Positions 39,456 through 53,190 of a stretch of 64,000 bases of DNA are shown here, piece by piece. Within the stretch, counting starts at the first letter, position 1. The number at the start of each line of letters is the position of its first letter. The position numbers and the translations under genes were made by a program. A model generated the notes under the pieces. The model saw nothing but the letters and a program-made list of their open reading frames with translations, was not told where the DNA came from and made no database searches. The stretch comes from Ophelia neglecta (taxonomy: Eukaryota), in assembly GCA_965285935.1 (NCBI GenBank), contig OZ260662.1, forward strand, positions 29,946,001-30,010,000. The letters are read 5' to 3'.

Positions 39456-41975
39456 ATAAAAAAGAAAATGTCTCAAATATGCTAGGCTATAATGAATGCT
39501 TTAAGCAAGCCATTGCATATAACAGTAATGAGAATAAAAGCCTTGGTTCCCTCTACTTTTACGACATTTAAAAAACGCCAAATTAAGAAATACTGCACAC
39601 CTTGGCTTTACAATTGAATTGAGGCAACCGATGAACAAATAAAACATGGATGAGTAACATCAATGTTTAAGAAATGCGACAAGATTAAGAATCATTAAAC
39701 GAGGAAACTAACGTTACACGATCTAAACGTGTGGGGCATGAAATTAAACAAAACACTGTTCGAACTATAAGCTATAGGCCTACGGACATTTTTTACATAT
39801 ATTTTAAAAGCCAATAACTAATGGAGAGGTATCTAAAACTTGCCACTTTGATCAGCGTAGCCAATCCTTGCAATAGAATGGTGAACAACTGTATCCAAGG
39901 TTTTATTAGCCGATTGAGCATCAACTTCTCTTTGTCTATTGATGTACGATCGAAAATATTAAGCAATCATTATTATCTTTATTATTATGATTAAGAAAGG
40001 AATTATATCGAAAAAGTAATTGCCCTAGTATCTCCTATAGCAACGTTCCGTCTACTTGTTCTGCTCCTTCGCCTGATTAAATTGTTATGTATGGAGGTAA
40101 CCTTTGGAACCAATATTTACATATATGTTTTTCGCTGTTATCTTAATGCTGCAGGCACCAGGCCATAATAATTGTTTAAACCTCCCATCCTTGCTCAACT
40201 TTCATTTAACTTGCCTACGCCTTTATATGGTTAGAAATAGACGCTAAGCATAATAAAAGAGGGCGCGGCATTGCGTCACTCCTCATATTGACACACACAC
40301 ACAAACATACCGCGTCCCAACCGGAAAATATTGGAAGTAGAAGTATAATAATGACCACTCCCTAATTCATATTTCCCCAAGCCACACTATTGCTAGTACC
40401 AGTTACCCGGTAATGTCAGCATGGAGGATTAACATGGTCATTAAGGATGGAATAAGGTCAACGAAAAGAACAATAAACTTGTCCAGGCAATTTGGTGTTC
40501 CTGTTTTCATGCATGGCCATTGGGACCTATTAACCAAATATGAAGGAAGCATTTAGGTAGAAGGAAACTCTATCTTGCTATCGTGTTCACTGCGGCAGCA
40601 ATCGACCTTAAAGTGAACTGCCAACAAATTTATTTCAATTATAATTATCAACTTAGCCTGTTTTTATCGTCTTACGATGATCCTACGATGAATTGGGCAA
40701 TATGGGTATGCAAGCTTTTTAATGCCTAACCAATATTTCACATTAAAACTCCGATAGAATCAGTTAACCCGAGGGAAATGCCATTAATAATGGAGTCTGT
40801 CCAGAAAACTCTTTTCAAATTAAAGACAAGAAATTAGTTCTTTTCCTTTGTCTATCCAGGTAATAATTGTCTAAATAATCCTGGGCTTTTAGTCGTTTTA
40901 TCCTAGTACATGCTATGTCGTGCTCCATGGCACAAGAAAACTTGAGTGGGTCTCACTAAAAACACCTGTTTTATCTGCTATTCGACAGAAACCCACTTTT
41001 CCCACATATGCAATGCAGTTGCCTATTCAGCTTGGCGCTTATTTCTGCCAGACCACTCGCACTCAGCAAGAACAATGAGTGTGTTTCAAGATCGAAAGAA
41101 CAGACTTTCTTACATATCATATTTATATAAAGGCATATAACAAGAAAATAAACAATATCGGAAAATTAAGGATGGAAGATCTTATGACTCGTTTGTACAC
41201 AATAGATACGTTTACAAATCCATTTCATCGCTTTGTTTCGAAATAATTATGGTCGGGGTAAAAGTCTAAGGATAGTGGATCTGCACCACTTCGGCACGGC
41301 TCATTCTCTGACTAAACATTGAACAGAGTAGATATCTAGAGTACTATATGTGTTTACTTATTAGGCTAAACCATTTCAGCATAGTTTACTTATATGACTA
41401 GATTTTCATGTGTACATATTTCTATTTTTCCGCAAGCAGAGGTCGCGAGTCGGTTATCAATGCTTCGAATGATCCATCTTTCATATTTGATACATGCTGG
41501 GAGACTCTATGACGCAGATTTTTAATTTTCGTTGCCTCACCAGCCCCGGAGAGTGCCGACAAACACTCAGTGCCTTGAGTTATTAATTCGATACATGGGT
41601 GAGTCTTTTATATTCAAAACTTAGTTAAAGTAGGGAATTTAAGATTCTACGATTTCAAGAGGACCTCGAGAAAATCACAGCGGGAAAGCGCTACTCTATC
41701 AACAGCCTCATTCAACAATGATTACATCAAAATTTACTACGTTTTAGCTAGTTAAATGTTAGTATATTCTCACTATTGATAGGTCGACCCCCCCCCCCCC
41801 CCCCCCGCCCCCAGATATCAATGCTCGCCATGGCTAGTTCCTGGCTATGGGTGTCAAGTCGGAACGAGCAAAAGGCCAAACCACATTTCCCTCGAATTGA
41901 ACCCTTGAGAATGCACAATCCAACACTCTTATTGTTTTAGTTAGAGATTTTTGTATATATTCATTAGTGTCACAC

Positions 41976-42029
41976 CATAGATATAGAGAATCCATATCGG
42001 TATATCCATGTGGATTATACATATCTATG
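41976..42029. mobile_element. 54-bp P-element-like micro-MITE with a 7-bp TSD
   Basis: GTCACAC|CATAGATAT...ATATCTATG|GTCACAC. The TIR extends to 15/19 matches. CANRG termini with a 7-8-bp TSD are typical of the P superfamily. Confidence 0.75.
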
Positions 42030-45000
42030 GTCACACCTATAACTTAGCGTGTCTGTGATCCTCATGTACAGGACCGTCTGTTATGAAAAAACACAAACCA
42101 AAGCGTTTGTTCTCGAAATGGAGACGAGGGCGGATAAATAAGTGTTGCCCTAAAACAAGGATTGGTACTTCCTACGGCCAAACAAACCGGATCGGTACCA
42201 GATGATATGTTTAACTGGAAGCATTAGCAAATGCTCCTTCTCTGCATTGCATTAAAGTATCACAAGTTTATCACTTTAACAACCACTTCGGGTTTTTTCT
42301 TTGCTTTTAGTTGTGATTATATTATTATATAAGATCTTAAAATGGATAAGTAGAACGTAAACTAAGCAGCAAGTTAATATGGCGATGTCTGTGTTAAACA
42401 ATGAGCACAGCTGCCACTTAAACCACCGTTTGTAGTTGAAGTTCAACATGATTGTTTTTATCTATAGTCTATTGCTCGACTTAATCGAGAACACGATGCT
42501 TTTGCAAAGGTCGTCCTTTTACATCCAGCCGTATTCGTGGAAACCCGCAGTTTTCTTACCTCTGTACTTAACATGAAAACATAATCATATTGCACATGAA
42601 CATATTATCAAATAAATTTTCCTATTGCATACAGGGAAATTAGCTAATATGTCAAACTTATGAGTGTACTTAGGCGGTCCTAAGCCTGAGGAATTTTGTC
42701 TGGCAGCTTTGCTCAACATTTTCTCAATAGCTGTGAGTTTGGAATAACATATATAATTTGAGAAACAAAATTATGGCAACCTGGGAAGAGATTTAAAAAA
42801 AAAAAAGAAGTGGTTCGCATATATGATTTGAATAGCTGATTAAGGGTTATGTGGGAGAACCGTCCGGGTGAATTCGGACCAGAGCAGGAATGACAAATTC
42901 GTTCATACTCATTACTCAATCGAGTTAAAGTAATCGTGGTTACGCCTCTCGACCAATTTCCATGTTACTCGATTTCGATGGTGACCAAAATATTAAGATA
43001 TATAGCAACTAACAAATAATAAAAAAGTTTTATCTTCTCTTGTACCATGTGTACAAATAAAGAACCATAAGGCACATTTATTTTGGCTGGTACCACCCTG
43101 GGAATACAATAGGTTCTGTGTGGGTCCCTGCACAGACACATCAGAATAATTTCTTATTTTCCAACTGCATTTAACACCAAAAACAGGCAAAATTCGTGGT
43201 CGATAGGAAGCACTGCGCCAATTACAAGTGTTTATATCGGGTAGGACTAGTTATAAAGCCAAAATGAGAAAAAAGTAAACTGCCCTGAGCTCAGTCGCAT
43301 ACGAATTGTATTCGATGGCGCTGTCCTGCCCTTGGTCACGCCTTTTGTTGGTACGCCTGACTCGCAAGAAAGGCCGAAATAACCGATGAACGGCCAAAAT
43401 CTATACCCGCCCACTTTTCCGACGTTCCCTGCCAAAGATTAACAACCAATCGCTTACTTTCATATCTCCACGTTCGTGGTTCTATCGTTTCTCAACCGAT
43501 TTCAACAAAGTTGGTATCATCAGTTTCTAAGATAACTTGCTTTTCAATTAATGAACAATAAATTTAACTCATTTTCCGAAAATGCCGGAATTGATCCGAA
43601 ACACATTTAATAAGTGACTTACTGAGGTGTCAACAACAAGACTGGAATGGATTGTATCTAAACTATAAAAATCAGACTTGGATTAAGCCTAAATGGCGTG
43701 CACCTTGTTTGAAATATTTTGAACGTAATAACCTTTTCGTTGGTCAGCTGTTCGCAGCCAAAGATGTTTTCCCGAATTTACATCCATAGCTCCAAATGGC
43801 TTAATTTGTCATAAATACATGTAAACTGGGCAGTGAAGTACTAGTAGAAAATGTTAGATGTCAAGATGATTGCTCAATACATAGCCAAAACAGTTTTGTA
43901 TGATTGGACAAATATAAGTGCTACAGATGTTGTTTTTTGACAACCTATATATATTATAAAAAATAATTGCATGCCTAGCTTTGAAGTAAAATGTTAATTG
44001 TTCACGGCTCTAATACGAAGAAATGTAAGTTGGCCGTCTGGCATATATGGATAGCGATTTATCATCCTCTAGAATATTTTTTTGAATGTTTTGTCGTGCC
44101 AGACACTGATAAAAGCAGGGTTATTTCTCTAGGGAACGGCGTTGAACTTTTTAACGCCCGCAAATGGTCGGAGAAATTGCGTATTCCATATGATGTATGT
44201 TGGCTCCGGGTTTTAGGACACAACGAAAGCCTTAACTTCAAATAAATGTTGCCACTGGGTTTTTATATCTTAATGCGTCTTTTATATTCGTATTGATAAC
44301 ATGATACAGTTTGTATCAAACACTTTGCTGTTGTAACGTTAGAATGGTAATTTATGGAGGCGGCTGAGGTCGTAAATATGGTAATGCTTGAACGATATTC
44401 TGGGAAATCAAGTATTTAATATCGCCACCAGCTGGAGGCCCAGTTCACGCTACTATGTTGACTATTACATCTTATTCAGAACACTCTTATGGAGGGGGAG
44501 GGAGGGGGGGGGGGCGGTCGTGGGAAGTCTATTTATTTACGTTTATCCATCACATTTAATCGGGCGTCTATGATTGATATACTTCAGTAAATCGTTATTT
44601 AACAGTTTCCGGTCTAACCTCCTAGCGTTAGCCGCACTATGTAATATTAAATTTTATCAACCACGTCTTGTTGCAACCTTGGAAAGGTGGGTATTGAAGA
44701 ATTACTGCCACACGACAAATATCTGTGCCATAATTATTGTTCTGCACAACCTTGATTGATACAACATTTCATATAGAAAGGGGCAGCAAAGTTTAGATGG
44801 CGGTGTTAGACTCTTTTAACTGTTTTTTAGGACGAAGACTAACCTAGGGAATTAAGCTTCCCAATGTCGCGGATCATCAGACATGGAGAGATGTTCTCGA
44901 AGTTTCTATATGTGTCGTATGTATGGTTGTACACGTCCATTAGAAAGCTCATGGGATGGATTGGATATATAGAGGGAGTAAATGTGTCCTCGCCCACACT

Positions 45001-45889
45001 CTCGAACGACACGACTCTGTCTCCAACGGCTAATAAGCCCTAAAGTGCATGATTGATGCTGCAACAGCAATATGCAAGAAAGTGGAAAATAAAATTCCTC
45101 ACCACTACGAGTTAAGTCATTGTGTTGGTTGAAAGTGAAGTTTTTAAAGGTTGGCTTGGGAAAGAACGCAAGTGGTTCTTGAGCCCTGTCTTAATAGATA
45201 GAAGAGGTTTCACCTAAAGAGCATGTTGGTGTCGTACTCCAGGAAGGTACATGTACTGGAAGTCACGTGAGAAGCTTAGACAGCAGACAGCGGGAATGTC
45301 AGGCTTGGGCGATAAGCCCAATTGCTTAAACCCTCTAGTGTCCGATTGGTTGTGGACAGATAAGTTACCCTCGTTTCTCCACCGGGCAGTGCTGTGGAAT
45401 ATTTTAACCAATGCAGGGAGTGTTGCTTTGGAGCGTATGGCCCGCAATATATGGCAAAGTGTGCTCAAGACTTTCCAGTAAAGATGCATGAAGAAATATG
45501 TAAAGGAATGATTGGGTGGAAAATTATATTGAAAACCTCATTAGACGAAAAAACTGATGTTTTTGTGCAAATTACTAACTATATCTGATTACCTGCTGTC
45601 CGATCAAATTTCTAACGTTAGAATAGTCATATTTGATAGAAATCATTATGGTTTAGACACAATGGGCTTTGTTCGGGTAAAGTGCTTCTCTTCTTTGCCG
45701 AATGTTCCCTTGTACATAACATGATAACAGCTCCAGTGCAGCAGATATGGGTGGACCCTATACGGGCAAAATGGTTGTTATCAGTATCCCTTCGTGCCTG
45801 GAAATAAGCTGCTGGCCCTGCCGTTATATACATATCCCCACCCCACCCCCTACCCCCCAACCCCCCAACAAAAAGGTTTTTTGAAAATA

Positions 45890-46070
45890 CAGTGAAACCT
45901 GTCTAATCAGGTCAGTCAAGGGACTGAAAAAAAAACTGACCACATTATGTGGGTGACCTTTGTGGGCAGGTCCTATAACACAGGCATAAATTGGGATGGG
46001 GCTATTTATTAGTGACCTTAGTGGGCAGGTGATCTTATTAAAAAGGTGACCACAAACACAGGTTTCACTG
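45890..46070. mobile_element. Tc1/mariner (pogo/Tigger-like) MITE
   Basis: TA|CAGTGAAACCTGT ... ACAGGTTTCACTG|TA: perfect 13-bp TIRs with a TA TSD. Internal GTGACC/GTGGGCAGGT sub-repeats. Confidence 0.92.
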
Positions 46071-46419
46071 TAGGTCTAGTTTCTTTATTTTTTTCTTAAT
46101 AATCTCTATGCTACTGTGCGTTTTGAATTATGTTAGGGACAAGTAATATGCCCATTTAGCCACCTGCTGTCCGAGGGTTGGCGTCAAGTCTTGGTGGACA
46201 CGGGAAATACGTTTCGGCACCTTTTTATGAAGCGTTTTAATGTGCGGACAAGGATAAATTTAATAAAGAAACGCTTTTTAGGCTAGTTGTGAGCGCCTAT
46301 GGGCATATTACTGTACGGCCATGTTTTTATGCGTGGATATGTATTAATATTATCTTTATAAAAAGCAAGGGTAATCCCTTGTATATTGCTCTAATTATTC
46401 TAAGGATAATCAGTATATA

Positions 46420-46597
46420 CAGTGGTCCCTGTGATGTAGGGACACCTCTACATCCAAGCAAAAGTGTCCCTACATAGAAGGTGTCCCTTCATCAGGGGGA
46501 CATTAATATAGGAAAGATAGGACATCGGCATGGAACAATGTCCTGTGATCGGAGGGAGTCCCCTCATATGAGAGTCCCTTCATCGCAGGGACCACTG
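46420..46597. mobile_element. Tc1/mariner (pogo/Tigger-like) MITE, second family
   Basis: TA|CAGTGGTCCCTGTGATG ... CATCGCAGGGACCACTG|TA, with internal GGGACA/TGTCCC sub-repeats. Confidence 0.92.
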
Positions 46598-49500
46598 TAC
46601 ATTTATCAATCAATTGTTCTGCACAGCCTTTTCTGCAGAGAAACGCTTTAACACTACGACCCACCATTAGGACGCAATTAACGTTCCAATGTCAAAGTGA
46701 ATATTCGCCATAACGCGTACCTGAGCTACCCTGGTAGAGAAGAGAAAGTGTGTCGCTATTATTAGGTAAATAATCTCTTAACGATTGTTAAAGACCTGAA
46801 AACAAGTCCTTCTATAAGTCTAATTAATAACGTAAGGATCAAAGCGGGGATGAGCAGAATCATCCTTTGATCATTCCTACTGTATCTCAAAGCATTGACG
46901 TTCAATGATAGGTTTCTATCATATTTGGCTGATTCGGATTTAGACTTAATCTTCCTTTCAATTCAGCGCGGTAATAGTGAAACCAGAAAACTCTCAATAT
47001 GCCTGTGATGTTTTGTCCTGGTCTACGTGAAGCCTTCGTAGGACATGTTACATTGGGATCATGTTCAGCTCAAACAGATCGGCCTGATTGCGTTTTTGTG
47101 ATATCTTCTTACAATCACTACAAAGTATAGGTCGGGGACCAGCCTAGTGTATTTATATCAACATAAAGCACAACTTTCCCCAATTATTCCGAAAAGAATT
47201 AAATGGACGTTGTCCTTCATGGCCGGCTACGCCCAGCGAGTATCCGGAAATTGAAGATGCTGCTCTAAGTAGGTGGACAACAACGCTCTGTATTCAGCGT
47301 CCATGTCTCAAAAACTGATACGGGAAACAGTTTACCCACGCACGACAATAACATATACTTATATGCGGGGTTTATTTTTCTGTCTGAACTTATTTCTTTT
47401 ACGCTGCAGTCAATTGAGCGGTTGGCCTTTCTTGAGACCATTCCCAATCTAGAGAGGCTTCCCAAAAGACGTGTGCCTATATAATATATATGGCAAGTTG
47501 CAGCTTGAAAAATTCCACAGGCCCAGTTTTTTTCGGTTTAAGATATAGTGCTTGTAGCAGTCCCAAAAGAGCCACAAACAATTGTACACACGGCAAAGGA
47601 GGTACGTAGAGGGAATACGGATACACGAAAGGTAATTGGTTGTGGCAAATTTGAACGCAACACGTCCCTTGACCGACATACAGGCTAGTCACAAGAGACG
47701 GTAAGAAAAAGGAGAATATCAGAATGACGACTGCATACCGTGTTAACCTATTCATAACTCCGATATATTGTATCAATCTGTCAAAACATGTTTATCAATA
47801 TATATATATAAAGTTGGTAGGAACTCCCATGGCTTCTTTATCTAACCCTAGCGGCCAAACCCTGTCTTAAAACACTAGTCTGCCAGTAACAAAATCCAGC
47901 TCAATAATTATGGAACCGTCCATGGGGGAGGGAAGGGGGAGGGGGGGGGGAGGGGTTCACCTTCCACATGGAAGGGGTCAGTTCAATCCGATTACAGCTA
48001 TCCTTTATTGGCAGTAATGTATTTCAAACTCCCCGACACTGTAAATATATTGACGGAAGTTAATAGATGTTTATTTTCCTTGGGTTTAAACAGAAATTTT
48101 TGAAAAGAAACAATGCTTTGTGAAGTGTGAAGGGATAAAGTAGTCAGCTAATAGCTAAGCTTCACAGTCAGTATTTTGTGGGGAAAATGCGAACATGCAT
48201 AATCCCTTTAATCGGACCGAGTTCAACAGTATCCATCTGCTGCTGAAAATAATCAGGATATGAAACAGTGACAGTTAAGGTTGAATAAGAATTTACCGTG
48301 AGTATTATCAATCGTATAAGCCTAGAACCTTTCGGAACTATTGTTTTATTAGAACTTTTACTATAATTGAAATTCTCTTCGGGCAGGACAAATCTCAATA
48401 CTTATACTTAGTTACTTGCAAATGATAGTTATATATAGGCCTATCTCACATGTTCAGGCACTTTTTTCCGGATTTTCTACCTGGTTACACTAGACTGACT
48501 ACATTCGGAATATTCCACTTAGTTTATGACAATCGTTTTGTAAATAAATTGTGGTATCGGAGTGTCTGTAATTTCATTTCATCATTTATTTTCTAGCTCT
48601 AGAGGAGAATAATTATATGTATCAATTCACAACCAACGAAAGGTGACGACAACCACGAAAATCTGTCGAAAATTGACAATTATACCTAGCGCAGTCTCAT
48701 TAACTGGTTCAAATCAATGTAACCCCCCTCCCCTCCACAACACATACACTATGCACCAAACCTTATAGAATGTATGTTAATAACCCCCCACCCCCGACCC
48801 TTCTCCCACTCCTACTTCTAATCAGCGTATGGATCGTTGTGGACTTCATTATTGTGTACGAACTGCAATGATACATGGGAGGAACGAGGAAAAAAATCAA
48901 ATCGTTACTTTGTATCGAGCATGTAAAACATCAGACTCACGAAACCGTAGGCAAAAACTTCGAGGCGTATAGCCTTCCCAATACACATATATAATTATGT
49001 AAGATTTTTAGGAGGCGCATGTACCGGGCGCCCGTGCTTGGGGAGGACAAAAACTCGGGATACGGGAATTATATATTAAAGCTTATATATGATTTTGCAC
49101 ACTGCAAACGTGAGCTAGAGAACACATTTTAAATTCACTTATTCTGCTCACTGTATATGTATGTACATGTATACAGAGTGCAACCTTTTAATGTCAGAAT
49201 GTTCTTAATGTATCACTTGTAATGAATTAACTTGCCTTCTATGTTTTCTACTTGAGGTGCCACTACATAGGAGAGAATCTAGGATTATCTACATGTATCT
49301 ATAGGCAAACATATCGATCTAGTCTATTTGGTCAAAGTGACCTATATCATTGTATTTATCTATCAATATAATATCGAATGAGTCAGAGTTCTAGGAGATT
49401 ATTGAAAACTAAGCCAAATATGGGGAAAGGGCAAACGGATCTCCTTACAACAAATGTCCATTGCCGAAATGGATTTGTCCTCTATCTAGCACGAACCACT

Positions 49501-49786
49501 AATGATTAGTCCGCAAATCTGGCGTAATCTATTGTTAAATAGTGATGAACGGAGAGGACCTCACATGTTTGAACTTTGATACTGGAAAAGAAAATGTTAT
49601 CGCCATTTTCGTGTCAGGCCGTGAGCAGAATATAGATTTGTGTCCAGGAGAATATAAGTTGTGATTTGGCCTAGGCAAACCTCACCCCAAACAACGCTAT
49701 TATACCAATCGCATATTGTTTCTAAATTGGTAATTTGTATTTCATGAACGAGCAACGTTTTCTTTAAAATGTTGATAAAATGTGTA

Positions 49787-49948
49787 CAGTGAAACCTGCC
49801 TTAAAGACCACCTCTATAATCAGACCACCTGTCAATTCAGACCACCAATGTGTGGACCATAAGGTATACTTTCAATGTCTAAACAGACCACCTCCATAAT
49901 CAGACCAGCATTTTCCAGTTGGGTGGTCTTAATTCACAGGTTTCACTG
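49787..49948. mobile_element. Tc1/mariner (pogo/Tigger-like) MITE
   Basis: TA|CAGTGAAACCTG ... CAGGTTTCACTG|TA, with four GACCACC sub-repeats and one inverted copy. Confidence 0.92.
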
Positions 49949-50329
49949 TACAAGCATGCACATGGAACTGTGAAATGTAAAAATATAAAAGTAGCTAGCG
50001 TGCTGAGTTACGATAGACTATGGTCATATCGACCGGGTATACGATCGGGTTAAAAGAAAATGAGCCTTTCCGGAAGCAATAAACTTAGTCCCTTCAACGG
50101 GATCACTGGTCAAGGTTGGCAAACCACCAAAGCTCCTGGGAGTGAATAGGGGATCAAGGCCGAGAATAATTGAATTATCGGATTCCTTATTATCCTTACA
50201 TAGAGAATGTGCACTTGTCACAAATGAACAAGCCTTGCGATGTTACCATAAATAAGCAATGCGCTGACAGAGGTTTGTTTCATTAAAGTGACTTACAGGT
50301 CTGAGTAACAAACTGTCAATATCAATCCC

Positions 50330-51125
50330 AATTTAACGCAGATGTAATGTGACAATGACGACGGTTGGGGTAACCTTTAAAATATATCATAGAAGTGTTC
50401 AAGTTTAGTTGAAGTTCATTTCCAAACGCCCATTCCAACTGATACAGATGTTTGCGGAAATTGGCAAAAACCACCTGCTTACCTAAATAAATTCCAGCCA
50501 ATTTAAAAATCTCGCTTACAAACAATCCCGCCTATTTTTTCACTAATTGAACAAGGAAAAATTGTTACCTGTCAAATTATCAATAGTGTTGTCATCAGCA
50601 AATGATATCTGAGTTTATATGGCCATCGTACACAATATTAAATGCAGTTTTACTGTACCAAGCCTCGCCGACAAAATCCGTTATTCAAATGCCATTGATG
50701 TAGCTGTTAATATTCTCCGCTTTGTTTTCGGAGACAACTCTGATGTGTATTGTATTTCTTTAACTCTTTGATCCTACAGGTCATAATAATTACACGTGGG
50801 ATAATAGAGTTATTTCATCCTAGACAATATCGAATCCGGAAAAGAGCCGAACAGTTCACAGATTATACTACTAAGCGTAAACGAAGGAAGAAATAAGGGA
50901 CACGTATATCACCCCATCAATTGGCAATAAATGAGCAGCTGATATTGTCAAGTATGCGGCCATAATTGGGAATTGTGTTGGCCTCAGATAATTCCAATCT
51001 AGTTTGAGACATATCCCGAAGGCCTCTATTAGAAAATATAAAGATCTGTGCAGGCGTTAAATTAAAGTTAGACGACGGACGACATTCGGCGGTGTTTAAA
51101 GCCACGAGACTGGTTGGAGCCACAG
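50330..51125 (-). pseudogene. Heavily decayed, internally deleted LINE relic
   Basis: The minus strand gives ISFADDNT (~50585-50608) followed by EWAFGNELQLNL (W...N.L.LN motif), with a weak endonuclease-like RILDNI upstream. Confidence 0.45.
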
Positions 51126-51574
51126 TTAATTCGAGTGTCTACATTGCCATTGGAAAAGCATTGGTTAACGAGACAGAAAGCGCCCACAGTGTGTCAGCAC
51201 ACCAGGCTTTGTGTATCGACTCTCATTGAGAAATAGACTTTTATAATCTACAATTCAGTATCTTAAGTCCTATATGACACATCAATGTTTCAAAGTATCT
51301 GGATATACCGTAGACCATATACATGTAGGCATCAGCTTTGCAGCTGCATTTATCTTTGACTATGCTGTTCAACATGTTCAAGGCAAATTGTTTAGTAATC
51401 TTGGCAGTTGTCCACCATGTTTTGACTATTCTAGCTTAAAAGTCTGGGTTCAGTTTTAACCAGGATCACTCTTGCAGTCTGAAATTAGTTCCAAAACTTA
51501 AGACCTATAGTTTGGGCAAAGAAATAATAATTTATGACCATGCAAATAAATGAATTGTATATTAAATATTTGTT

Positions 51575-51825
51575 CATGAAGGTTTGCCCTAGGCGAAGGT
51601 AGCCGTACCGGGGCATTATAGTGGCTATGTGAGAACGGCCCTGTTTGACCGGCGTCCGCCGTAGCTTTGCCGCCGCTATGTCCCCGGTTTGCCGTAGCAA
51701 TGTCGTCGCAGCCTTCGAGGCTTCCGTAGCGAGGTTAAGTCATTGGAAGGGTTGTGGTAACGCCCTCCATACCGCCTTGCTGGCCCCGAACGGCTTAGCT
51801 TGAACCGGCACTGTGTGATCTCTGC
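51575..51825. mobile_element. GC/CpG-rich remnant, possibly one end of a Harbinger-like element
   Basis: Dense CCG/CCGTAGC sub-repeats ending in CCGGCACTGTGTGATC. No matching other end was found. Confidence 0.3.
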
Positions 51826-52429
51826 AAACTAGAACGGGCTACGTAAAGAATTCCAAAGGTTTCCACCATAATAAAAGGAGACTGTAAAACAGGATCAAAA
51901 GGGTAAATGATTGCTTTATAGAGGTTGACCCAGCTTATAACTTTGAAGTCAGACTGTCCGACGATAATGTCTGCGAAAATAAATGTGTGTTAGAGAAACT
52001 TTATACATTATCAGAGAAAGCATCAGTCGGCTCTCTTGTTATGTCCAAACTTTACATGTAAGTATTGTTACGGTAGAGTAAAGATGTGGACTGTATTACC
52101 CAACACAGGTTCAGATGTTTTTGAATGATTTTTTTCCATTCGCCATTCTACCTTAGTAATATTTAATAACATCATGTTCATAGCTAGGATGAAACTTCTA
52201 GTATTTACAATAAGAAAGACACATGTATTCTGACTGGGTGCTAGTGAATTATTTCATCTTTGCAGATTCTCTACGCAGGATTATCCAAAAAATATACTAG
52301 ATCAATGATATGTGATCTAGAATATGGCTGAACTTGCAAATGGAAAAGAATAATTGGCCCCTAAAACCTCTTCTGGACCCTCTAATTTCCTATCTTAGGG
52401 TCCAGGATGGCACTGGAATCTGCCTTTGG

Positions 52430-53190
52430 TATTATTATTATTATTTATTATTTATTAAATTTATATAGCGCCCTTTCCAGAATAAAACTGTTCAAAAGCG
52501 CTGTACAATATACATGGTATGTGCAAAATATATAAATACATAACGATAATAACAATCTGGTACATAATTGCACCGGGAAATTACTGGTATTGACCAAAGG
52601 AGACATACAATCAATTAAATGTGTAGCTAATAGTAATACATTTCTAAGACAAAATAATATAAAATGATTAAATAATATAACTTAAAGGCCTGATTGTAAA
52701 AATGTGTCTTAAGTTTGTTTTTAAAACTTTTGAGCGTGGAGCAACATTTTACATCTGCAGGTAGTTCATTCCAGCGACAGAAAAACGTCTTCGGCCGTAT
52801 GTGGAGGTTTTGAACTTGGGAACCTCCAGCAGATTTTTATTTGCAGACCTCAGACTTCGGTTGGGTATATATGGCACTATCAACTCCCTGAGATACACGG
52901 GAGCAAGGTCATGAAAACATTTATAGGTTTTTATAGCAAATTTTAAAGTTAATTCGTTGCTTCACCGGCAACCAGTGTAGTTCTGCCAAAAGGGGCGTAA
53001 CATGGCTACCAAACGTGGAATTGGTCACCATGCGAGCAGCAGCGTTCTGTACCCGCTGTAGCTTTACTACCAGATTGTCAGGTGAACCCACGTATAGGGA
53101 ATTAAGGTTATCAATGCGGGATGTAACAAAGGCATGGGTAATAGTGCCTCCTTAGTCAGATACTTTTTTATCCTGGAAATGTTCCAGGAT
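52430..53190 (-). mobile_element. L2 LINE 3' fragment with UTR and tail
   Basis: Minus strand reads LQRVQNAAARMVT...HVTPLLAELHWLPV...LAPVYL...LRS...WNELPADVK...SFKNKLKTHFY. The 3' end AGCGC...GGCGCTATATAAA followed by (TAA)n is typical of L2. Confidence 0.92.
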
